DNA from: Lytechinus pictus
Lineage: Eukaryota
Direction of reading: 5' to 3'
Assembly: GCF_037042905.1 (NCBI RefSeq)
Contig: NC_087263.1
Coordinates: 4,836,001-4,900,000, forward strand
Length of the DNA: 64,000 bases
Under the pieces are notes generated by a model. It did not search any database. It was not told where the DNA came from and was given only the letters and a program-made list of their open reading frames with translations. Shown piece after piece: positions 52,475 to 64,000 of this stretch (positions are counted from its first letter, which is position 1; every line of letters starts with the position of its first letter). Made by a program: the position numbers and the translations under genes.

Positions 52475-52772
52475 CTGACGGTGGTATGGGGACGGGTCTG
52501 TCCCATCCCTCCCCCTTTAATCATACTTATTGTTAATAATTATGTAATGTGCATATTCTTCGATGTTTTTACGAAATTAAACTCGTCTTTTTTTTTTCCT
52601 CTTTTGTTGTGAAGTCGCAATCACTCAGATTATTATCTGCTGCATGTTTTGGTGAGGGGAAACTTCCTTATGTTTGTTTTCTTAAATGATTAACCAAAGA
52701 CCAAGAGAACAAAGGAGGAAACCTAACAATCTAAAAGGGGCAAACTGTCATGGTACGGTTACACTGGCAAAA

Positions 52773-53150
52773 CCTACTCCAGACCGATCAAAGCTATTAC
52801 GTTATTATCAATGACATATCATCGGTCGGTGTGAAGTCAGTTTCGGTTACAGTGACACCAACGAAATCGACTACAGACCGATCAAAGCTATTATGTTATT
52901 ACCAATGACATACCATCGGTCGGTCGGAGTCGGTTTCGGTTACAGTCACACCAACGAAACCGACTCCAGACCGATCAACGCTATTGCGTTATTAGCAATG
53001 ACATACCATCGGTCGTTTTGGAGCCGGTAATTCTGGTGTGACCGACATTGTGCTGCAGTCACACTACGGAAACCGACTCCAGACCGATCAAAGCTATTAC
53101 GTTATTCGCAATGACATACCATCGGTCGGTTTGGAGTCGGTTTCGTTGGT
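52773..53150. repeat. Tandem array of four ~97-bp internally palindromic units
   Basis: CCGACTCCAGACCGATCAAAGCTATTACGTTATT...CATCGGTCGG...GAGTCGGTTTCG repeated. Confidence 0.88.
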
Positions 53151-56100
53151 CCTACAGTGTGACTGTACTGTGTAGCGTTATTTTACGCGATGTCGTTGAA
53201 GATGGGCTTCTCTTTGTACATGTACTGTCATCATGATTAACTGTTTGCAAACATTCCAGACCTGTCTTTACTTCCTCCATAAACAAGTTCTCGCGCCGCC
53301 ATCTGTCACATAATGTTGACTTTAATTCATTCAAAGCAATCAATTGATTATCTGAAGCCCTCTTGGGTAAGCAGTCTTCGAATTGGCAAATGTGGTGTCT
53401 TTCCTCCGCTGCTGCAGTTTTTCATTTTGAAATGTATATATTAGAAAGAGAAATTTAACGGACGAGAATATTTGCTTGTTCAAAATGTCTGAATTTGCAT
53501 GTCCAACAACGATTTTGAGATTTTCCTCTCATTACCAATTTATAAAGATTATATTTCTCTTTAAACATTGATCGAAATATACCGAAGCCTTGAATGTTGC
53601 TTCCACTGTACAAATACTGATAGAATATGGATTATGGGCTTCTATTTGTATTGTCATCATGATTAATTACCGTTTGCCAACATTCCAGAGAATTATTTAC
53701 TTCCTCCAAAACAAGTTCTCGTTCCACCTTTTGATAAACATTCTTCAAACTGGCATTTGTGGTGTTTTTCCCAAGTCGCTGGAGTTTTCCTTTAAAATGT
53801 ATTATATTAGAAAGAGAAATTAAACGAACAAGTATATCTGCTTGTTCAAAGTGTCTGACTTTGCATGTACGACAGTCATATCATTACGGTTTTCATCATA
53901 TTGCCAATTTAAAGATTTAAACTAGTATATTTCTTTTATTAAAAAAATGATAGGAAGATGTTGTTTCCTTTAGTGTTTCTTTCACAGTTTCAGAGGATTT
54001 TATATTTATTATCAATCAAGCATGATATAATTGTTTGGAAACTTTTCAGAACATTCTAGCTTCCTCCACGTGCTCGCATCCTCCACGTGCTCGCATCATG
54101 CTCATAATCGCTATTTGGTTTTATTCCTTAAATTTGCCAAATTAGCATTTTCCTTTCATTGCTAGGGATACTTCTCCTTTAAATGTATCACAAATGAAGA
54201 CTGGAAGAGAATAATTCTACTAGATCGTCAAATTTCATGTTTGTTTGTTTGTTTGTTTGTTTGTTTGTTTTGTTTTGGTTCTTGTTTTTGGCCTAGGGCT
54301 TGACGTCTTAGGCGTCACCCATGCAGTAACGATAACACAAATTCGTCAATTTTAATATGCATATTTATATTAAAGTTTAAAGATGAATATTACAGGAAAG
54401 TGAAACAAAACTCATCCCAACGAATATAGATCCACTCATATTCGGAAATACTTTTGAAAGCTATTTTCTCGAATCCCTAAAAGTACATGTAACTACAAAT
54501 CTTTTCGATTGGCAAATTGGCAACCAACCTCATTAATTAAACAAAAGTCTGTTTTTTAATGGCATCCTAATTTCGGTGAAATGTCCATGAACTTCGGCGA
54601 CCGTATTTTTCACAGGCAGCATAGCCTTATTGTTGCTGGCAGTGACGCGGAATAACACTGAAGAGATGAGTTTTGGAAGGTCATAATTACTTTGTTTTTT
54701 CAGTTGACCTTCATTATATTTTGTATCTGAAGTGCTTTTACATTCTGATCACGCATCGACAACATTTCCTTTTAATTTCGAAGAACGTGATTCCCAAATA
54801 TCATTGTATTTTATCCTTGTCAACCTAACATGAAAAGCGATGATGTTATAATGATGATTAGTATCTGTAAAGAATTGCATCAATGTTCATCATGCTGTAA
54901 TTACTAGCGCGAAGCGCGAGCTTTTGAAGTTTTGACACACTAACCAGAAAAGAGCGTTTCATGTCGTATTCGTTATGTAATACTCTGTCAGTAAATTGAT
55001 ATGCGAGCATAAAGCTAGATATGATATGTTGGATATAAAGACCTAAGAACTGAACATTTTACGCACTGTTTGTCATCATGAACAGTTTCACATAACAAAA
55101 ATAAAACACGTTGTATGAGCTGAAACTTTTGAGTTACTGACATGTAAAATGAAAATTTCAAAGACTGTTTCTTGGAATTTATCAACGTATCTCATTAATC
55201 AATTGATGCGAGCGCGAAGCGCGATTTAAAAAAAAAAGTATTATTCAACCTGACAACGGAACATTGTAACCACTTTTGTAATCATATCAACAGGTTCCGT
55301 ATCTTTCTAAACCGTGAGACATAGATGGCAACGGTCAATTAAGATCATTGTATACGAGAACGCTGTGTCCAAAACACTCACCATGCAGGACTAACCAATC
55401 AGAATTGATCTATAATTTTTCAAATCAATTTCAAACCCGAGCTCACCGATTGAGCTCGAAACTGAAATTGAAGTTGGCCTACAAGATCAGCGACTCATTG
55501 CCAAATTTGGCAAGAAAGAAAATGTTCGGCTATCTTCAAGTTCAGGTATACGTGACCCCTGAATGACCTCAATCCTGACTTCGACACCCCGTCAGTCAGT
55601 GAGTCAGCTGACTGGCACAAAGAACATCGATGGGACACGTGACCGAAAGCGCCTCATTACGATGAATGAAGAGGCTCTGCTAGTTTTATGAATGAAAGTA
55701 AAAGTAGTAGTTTATTTTTATCACGGAGTACTCTCGGTGCGGACAGGCACGCGCATATATGCGGGGTGCTAGTATTTTCAAGGGGAAAGGAATTTTACCT
55801 TGTTTTTGATGAGTTCTTGGGGATAACAAAGCATTTCTTTCTGCGCTGGGGAGCGTGCCCGACGTGTGGCTATGTGAAAGTCGATGATATTGATGTCAGT
55901 TGGAAAATTATGTCCACTCCTGTTTGGCCGACCCCCCCCCCCCTCGAACATCCGAACTTCAAAATGACCTCTTATTTTGGTAAATTCTATCTCGCCTCTG
56001 TTCTTAAAATTAGAAATGGTAGCATTAATTCGTAACAAGGTGAAATGTTGGAGACTCGTCACCAGCAAATTTTTGTTTGCTGTTTGATGACAATTAAATC

Positions 56101-56964
56101 ATTTACTTCGAATATTTCTTTGTCAATGTCACTTTGCAGGTTAACCGGACTCGCAAAGTAATCAGAGAATGATAACCATTTCTAAATGTTGTGACACAAA
56201 TAAGGCTGATAATTTATAATAATGATGACATGCTTCTGAGTAAACGCATACCAACATAATCTTAAGCCTATATTATGCATCATGATTTAACCATATATGC
56301 ATAGGGAATTATTGAAAATCTGTAGAAAGACTGAGTAAAAAACTTAATATTAGAGATCCATTTCAAACATCACAGAATAATAAATCTACTAGATTTGATT
56401 ATTCTTTGTCATTTCGAGTTCGACTTTGAAATTCGCTAGGAATGTGTGAATTCAGTTGGTCACCGAGCTCTCTCATAGTAATGTTTTCTATGACTATTAT
56501 TATCATGATGAAAGAACATGACAGAACAAGGCAATAATAAGCCTGTTTTACTAGATCATTCGTGGAAGGGGACGACTATTCCACAAAGACAGACCTTTCT
56601 TTCAATAACTGACCCGAAAGATAATCTGGTGGGGTAATGCTTTTACTCGCGTGCCTCTGCGCCTTACAACCATACGTGAAAGATTTCGATTTATTTTGGC
56701 CAGGTAGTCTCCTGTCTACACGTACTTTGACCCAGGAAAGTGGATCATAAAATTAAGAAAACCTGGAAGTCTGGAAATTGATTCATATCTTGATATTTTA
56801 TTTATCAACTTTCTGCTGTTTTTCTTTCACTTTCCATCCCCTCAAAATCTTCAAATTTTACTTTTAGCTTCCCATTCTTTTCTTCATTTTCATCTCCATG
56901 TCTCGTATTTTTCTACTAATCGCCCAGCCTTTTCCTCCCACTTCCTCCATAGCCATATTTGACG

Positions 56965-57235
56965 TCATCATTACTATCACCACCACCACCACCATCATCT
57001 TCATCACCACCATCATCATCACCATCATCATCATCACCACCATCATCATCAACAAAAACAACGATATCATTACCACCATCATCACTGTCATCATAATCGC
57101 ATCACCACCATTACCACCACAATCATCATCATCATCATCATCATCATCAACAACAACAACACCAATATCCTCATCATCGTCACCACCACTACCAAATACT
57201 ACCATCATCATCATCATCACCATCACCACTACCAA
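56965..57235. repeat. (CAT/CAC)n microsatellite
   Basis: Direct reading. Confidence 0.9.
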
Positions 57236-60145
57236 ACAAAAAAATAATAATTCATTAGAATCACCTTCGCAGAAACCAAAACTCTAGCACACTCGAGCCT
57301 GCTCTTCATCATTTATTTTGGTCAATAATGATACAATTCGAACACCAAGGAGACAACCTCATCCAGATGGAACAAAGAATTGTCGAACGCGAATCGAGGA
57401 AACAAAGAAATCAAGGTTGAAATTAAAATTCTTTGCAGAATCTTCCTCGTTCTCGCTTTTCCTCGCCTTCCCGTGGTCAAGGGCTTCAGTTGTTTTGGAA
57501 GGCTTCTGGTCTTATTTTTCAAAGCCATGCGATAGCCTGTCAAAGACAAGACTGACAGGAATGACAGGCTTCTAGTCTCATCTAAAGGATTGAAATTTTG
57601 TCTCTTTATCATATGTTGTCGAAAAAATATAAATATACAATGGTGCATGGAATGGTTGTAGTTTAAAAACATAAAACATAAACATTGGCATACCAAAAGA
57701 AAAGTAATTTATGTGATATGAGAAAGAAATATTATCTATGCAAAAAAATCATGCAACTTACTTGTGCTGGTGTTTATCGCTCATATCCACCATGCCCCCT
57801 CCCAAACCTTCCTTACCAATTATGCTTATTAAATAACCATAAACATGAAACCAAAACTATCCCGATAATGAAACATTGATCAAAATTATTTTCAATATTC
57901 TAGTACCATGAATAGTCGAAGGCATAAATTTCAATTTCATGACGTATCTTTATCAACAATAATCTACTTGTAGTTAGGAATTATAAAAAGCAAGAGGAAA
58001 AGCTTCTGTTAATGCTTACTAACGTTTCAAGTAAAATGACAAAAAATAAATTGGAGCTAATAAGTAAAAGTTTGACGAAATCCTTCGATAACAACTCACT
58101 GAAATGGTACTTCATAAGATGAAAAATCAAGGGCGACTTGGAGAAGGCTGAGATGATGTTCAGTCTCGAACCTAAGTTGAGTTCTTGAGAAGCAGGAGGA
58201 CAAAGAAATCACGATTGAGGATAAGATCCAGATGGGATGAGGAGAGATGAAGGGGGCATCAATGTCCACGGGTCGACGTTTGTTATCCCGAAGAACATTT
58301 CCAAAACATTTCATTTCGTTTCGTTTATTTCCCTTTCCAACATTTACAATGTTTTCGTGCATTTTAATACACAGATGTAAGCAATTAAACATATAATATT
58401 TTTACGTACAAAAAACTTAAGCCAAGATTATAAACGGGTTGGGAATGGAAAAGGCTGCTTAAAAAAGCGAAGCATGTAGGGTGCAGCCTCCTAATAAAAA
58501 TAAAAGCACCCAAATATACCAAGATATTCATTCGTCAATATGACACGATAAAATTAGATTCGTTAATTCGAAATTTCGATTATCCTAAAATAAAATAATG
58601 TCCGTTATTACGAAAATAAATAATGAACTTGTTACGACTCTTTCTTCATTTTCGAACTATCGGGTCGTATTTTTTTTATTGCTAAAGCAATTATGCGGAT
58701 TAACAAACCTGGTGTTGAATGAACCTTCTCGAAATAGAGTCGATATATTATTTGCATTTTACTTATTAAGATTACAATTTTTTTAATTAACACAAAGGAA
58801 AAAAATGTAATAGTAATGCGTAATGCAATTTGTTTTCATAAACATCGAATGACAAAACCGAGCGTAACAAGCGTGACAAGTCACAACGATCCGAGGTCAA
58901 TATCGTAGCTGTGACTAGCGCCCACTTTGGTTCAATCTGAACGCAGCTGAATGTCGCAAAGTTCGGCTGAAAAAGCTTTACCGGGAAGTATCATCGATGC
59001 CGAGAATACGTCGTCACCATCGGGAAGAGATCTCACTCGCTGATCTTCAAAACCATTTCCATAACTACTATTATCCAGTCGCGCATATCAACATGCTGAA
59101 CTTAAGAATTCAAATGTAAATATATAACTGGTAAATGATTCTATCTGGAAATGGTACTATTATAATAACAACGGAAAATTGTTTTTTCTATTTTCCAAAC
59201 TTTGATTCAAAAGATTCAAAAGAGCATAAGAAATAATGATTATTTCTGTTTTATTTTACTTCACCATTTCCTTAAATGTAAAGTTTGTATGGTTGACCTG
59301 ATAATGACAATTTTCGGGAAAAAATATTAGACAGTACTCAAAGCTCGTTTTCCAATTATCTCCGTCTCGAAATTTGACCATTAAAAACATGTAATTGCAA
59401 AGCAATTTTCTTTTTTCAATACAAAAGAGACTTGACTCCGTGAATATATATCGATACTTCTAATTCAATCAAAAGAACTTTCATTTTATAAAATCACAGA
59501 AAATTTGAAATGTTTACATTTCCTATTTTACGTAATAACATACAACTAATAATAGTGAGTTTATTACACCATTGGATTTCTCCTTTGTATATCACTTGTA
59601 TTATCCATATTGCGGTCTTGTCAATTGTACTTTACTCGCCACCGATTTTTGTCGGAATTTTATCGGATATGTTTGTTAGATTTTGTTATATATATCCAAA
59701 TCAATTCTTGACTAATTCAATAGGCTTTACCACCTCTCTTTAAAAAATGAGTTTTTCCGATTATTGCCTTTGTAAAATGTCTTTGGCATGCACGAAGAGC
59801 TGAGGATAGTATTGGAGAAAGTTGACGAACATTGCCGAGAATTCGCCAACTTTTACGAACATTGTTTTGTTAATTTTCTTTAATGCATTGACGCGCTTTT
59901 ACAACGTAAACCCTTTGAGTAAACTGATGAGGTCTTTACAAGCTGTACTGATTTTCTGTAGTTTGGAAGCAATGTTCATCAGCGCCTCATCGATCCACCT
60001 AATTAATTTTCAATAGACCCAATCATCATCATAATCATCATCATCACTCCCTTCGAAAGACCTTCCCTTTTATCTGTTACCCTCACAATACAGCTACACA
60101 GTTACTTAAAAGGATATTGCCGGCATTATTGTAACACAATCCCTG

Positions 60146-60912
60146 GTTAATTTGAAGGGCCTTTTCATAAAGAGATTATGCACTTCTCAACGAAATCTGA
60201 AAAAAAGAAAGAAAAAAGGATACGGAACATAATGTTTCTCAAGCTAATTTGAAAGCTTATTCATAACAGATTATGCACTTGTCAACGAAATCTGCAAAAT
60301 AATACTTTTCATGTTTCTCAAGCTAATTTAAAGGGTTTATTCATACGAGATTATGCAATTTTCAATGATCTCTGAAAAAATACTATGCATAATGTTTCTC
60401 ACGCTAATTTGATAGCTTATTCATAGCAGATTATATACTTGCCAACGGAGTCTGTAAAAGATAATTTGAGGTGCTTATTCATTAATAGATAATGCACTTG
60501 TCAACGAAATCTGCAAAAATACTTTTTCATAATGTTTCTCAAGCTAATTTGAGGTGCTTATTCATTAATAGATAATGCACTTGTCAACGAAATCTGCAAA
60601 AATACTTTTTCATAATGTTTCTCAAGCTAATTTAAAGGGTTTATTCATAGGAGATTATGCACTTTAAAATGATCACTGAAAAAATACTATGCATAATGTT
60701 TCTCAAGCTAATTTGAAAGGTTTATTCACAAGAGATTATGCACTTTAAAATGATCACTGAAAAAATACTATGCATAACGTTTCTCAAGCTAATTTGAAGG
60801 GCTTATTCTCCCATAAATGCATTTGTCAACGGAATCTGCCAAAAATATCATGTTCTTCAAGCTAATTAAAAGTGCTTATTCAATCATGATGCACTTGTCA
60901 AAGAAATCTGCA
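60146..60912. repeat. ~80-bp minisatellite, about 9-10 units
   Basis: Recurring TGTTTCTCAAGCTAATTT...TTATTCAT...GATTATGCACTT. Confidence 0.9.
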
Positions 60913-61742
60913 GTATCGAATGTGCAAACAAGATATTTCATAAAGCGCATAGTAGAGCCTAATCCGCGATTGGTCACAAGCAAAATGAAGTTCCTATCCG
61001 GGAAATGCTTAGTAGCCACTAATTATGCTGATCTGGACAGCATTCAGATAGGTGTTAAAAGCCCATTTCTCATCATTTCAATTTGTGCAATCTCCACTGA
61101 TTTTAAAGGGATAATCTAAAGATTACACTTATGCTGGGCAGAAACTCAGCATGAGAAAATGAGGAAATTCGCATGCGTTTTCCTTCCTTGACTTTGTATT
61201 TGCACAATCATGTAATACAAGGAAATGTCCAGTCTTTTGAAGAGTTAGGGGTATCATAAAACCTTCAAACATATTTTGAACAGTTACCCCCCATGATTTT
61301 AAAGTGCTGGGCATTGAGTAATTTCGCTTTAATTCTAGAGATGACTGCTAAATCCCAGTTATAGGATTAGATTTGGGTGCATGTACGAGGAGGAGGGGGG
61401 GGGGGGTGATTAACCATTGTAAGATATATATTTCCTGGTTGGGGGATATACCTGATAAATCCTGGATAATATTGTCGGGAGAAGAGTTAGGGTAATCATG
61501 TTGGAGTGCTATTGAACATATAGTGAACAGTAATAGTTCAAGTACTCTTGAAGATGACTAGGAGATCGACTACAAAATAGACTTCTATAAACGTCCTATA
61601 GAGAAAAAAAAAAGATGAGATAAAATGCTTACCTGCTCATAGTCGCCGTACCCTGCGTACGTACTTGTTCAAATTGCATTCAATCGTTTTAACGAAATTA
61701 TTATATTCCATGATTTTCCCACGTTTTCAAAATCACCGTTTG

Positions 61743-61871
61743 NNNNNNNNNNNNNNNNNNNNNNNNNNNNNNNNNNNNNNNNNNNNNNNNNNNNNNNNNN
61801 NNNNNNNNNNNNNNNNNNNNNNNNNNNNNNNNNNNNNNNNNNNNNNNNNNNNNNNNNNNNNNNNNNNNNNN
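61743..61871. other. Assembly gap followed by (GAA/GAG)n repeat
   Basis: N run. Confidence 0.99.
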
Positions 61872-64000
61872 ACAAGAAGAATAAGAAGAAGATTAAGAAG
61901 AACAAAGAAGAAGAGAAGAAGAAGAATGACGAGGAAGAGGAGGAGGAGGAGAAAAGAATCAGAATAATATTATGCAAAAAAAAGATCAAGTATATATGAA
62001 GAAGGCTTATCTTTTGAAAGCTGATAACTTGTGCTGAGACGATGTCAAGGAAATGAAGGGTAAAAGAGGGGAAAAGGGAAAGAGGGAAGTAGAATACTTT
62101 GTAAAATTGTATTTCCTCTTCCAATTATGCATAATTACTCTATAAGCACCATGAAAGAATTAAAGAAACCGAGAACCTATTAAAAGCAAACAAACTTCGA
62201 TAAATTGACGAAGATATCGTTATTTGAAATTGGCTTCCGTGAGCAAAGAATTCCCTTCTTTTGTTCTTCTTTATTGTAATCAGAATATTTCTAAGCTATT
62301 GAATATGGACTCATTCTGCTTTGATTCTTGGAATAAGAGTATTTTTAAGTGCCAAGTCCAAGAAAAAAAAACATATCAGACTTCCTCTTCCAATGTGATT
62401 GGCGTGATTCCAAGTAATGCAATAATCTTTAAACAATAATTAAAAATGATAATGACAAACAGAAACTCGGAACGATTCCACGCCCTTTTTTTTCCGCACC
62501 TTGATAAAGTACATGTTGGTGTAATTTAGGAACGAGCGAAGCAAGCGATTTTCCCCGACAATTTAGAGTAGGTCTGACTAAAATGGAGTTTCCTTTTCCT
62601 CATGATTAAGTGTTCGCAGTCAAAATAACGACAGAATGAAATGACATCCTATGGGCATTTTGAAAACACAAATCAATTATATTTTCATGAAAAGGAATAT
62701 AAAATTACTTTGAATGATTATGTTCAGATGTAACTGTTATTTTTTCTAACATATTTTACTAGAATACAGCCATTTCTCCATTTCTGACTAAAAATAATTT
62801 TTAAAAGACTAGACATAAGTTATACACCTAATCAAGAATATTGTCATTTTGACCACCCCCTTTTAATTTTTTAGAGTACATGTTATTGTATAGTTTATAT
62901 AACAAAGCTGTCTTCGGGAAGTCTTTTTATTGTTATCAGATATTAATCAACTTTAAATGAATATATAGGCATAAGGCATGTTTACCCGTAAACATCATTG
63001 ATAAAGGGAAATGGGTTATTACGCCCCTGAGTTTCAAACAAAAAGTACCCTTGCTCATTCTATTAATCAATTTCTCCTCCCTTTTTACGTATCTATATAT
63101 TTGAAATCATCAGGGTTTCGACCGAACAATTGCTACCCTCGAAACGTAAGGACCTTGGTTCGAACTTTTGTTAAGATGTCTGTGATTTTCGAGGACTCAA
63201 TCTGTGGATATGTAAACGTGACAAAAGTTTGGCCATGGCAAGCAGCCAATTAGGGATTAGAATAAAGCGAATCGATTTGAAATGAATATCATCCTTGAAT
63301 GAATGGATGGATGGGATGGGGTTGATCGGAGAAACGGTATAGCGTGAAACTTTGTGCAAATTTCTGAATGAAATATTTTCAAACCTTCCTTATTACATAG
63401 GCCCTATATTGTGTTTCTTATATCTATAATTCTGTTGTAATATGATATGTCTTGTATTATTGACTTTGTTATTAGACCATGTACAACTGTAAAACGGAAA
63501 TCAATGAATCATAATATTCCTTAAGTCCTTGGCCTGACCACAACAAGCTCACACCGGGAAACAAAATGGTAAATGAAAAGAACTTGTTAGTCGTGATAAT
63601 TATCACCTATATATCCACATTGTATTTCTATTGTAAAAGAAAATCCCAAGAAAAAACGAGAGAAAGGGTGAATACAACAGAACAGATTATGAACTTCGTC
63701 AGGAAAAAAATATCTTTAATTTATTGAGATGTTATAATTATAGCAATCGGAGCATCATGCATATAGGCCTATACAAAATAATGTTTCACATCAAAACCCG
63801 CTTTCGCCCATTCAAAGAAGATAGCGATGGTCATCGTGGCGGAGGTGAGATAAAATTTAATGAACTGATAAATAACCCTTTTCATCATTCTGTTTATATA
63901 CTTCGGCGTTTTATTTTTTTAATCTTAATGATTACAAGCTTACGGTCATTAAATGATCGAATTTCTCGTGGGAATTGTGGATAATTACGTCGCTTACAAA

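Noticed and set aside
52773-53150. CRISPR-like appearance of regularly spaced palindromic repeats (also 60146-60912)
   Set aside because: Intervening sequences are repeated rather than unique spacers; no cas genes; eukaryotic context

Overview
Eukaryotic, AT-rich genomic DNA with spliceosomal introns, almost certainly a sea urchin: the H2B is late-type and both histone genes carry the echinoid CAAGAAAGA downstream element. Supported genes are (1) the first three coding exons of METTL25 (minus strand, continuing off the left edge); (2) a solitary, divergently transcribed late histone H2B/H2A pair with stem-loops and U7 downstream elements; (3) an unrecognised 303-aa single-exon ORF; and (4) a complete 5-exon clan-2 cytochrome P450 (508 aa, minus strand). 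The rest is dense with non-autonomous DNA transposons (Kolobok-type with TTAA TSDs including a self-nested copy, Harbinger-, hAT-, EnSpm- and Helentron-like), tRNA-derived SINEs, micro/minisatellites and two assembly gaps. The top finding is a full-length 172-bp retroposon at 14100-14271 with a 7SL/Alu-domain head, B box, Nin/Deu-like core, (CA)n tail and a perfect 13-bp TSD, i.e. an apparent Alu-like SINE in an echinoderm. The second is a highly structured, H/ACA+CAB-like ~300-nt segment at 45736-46386, split by a MITE, which may be a telomerase-RNA or scaRNA-derived copy. All family assignments are by eye; no searches were run.
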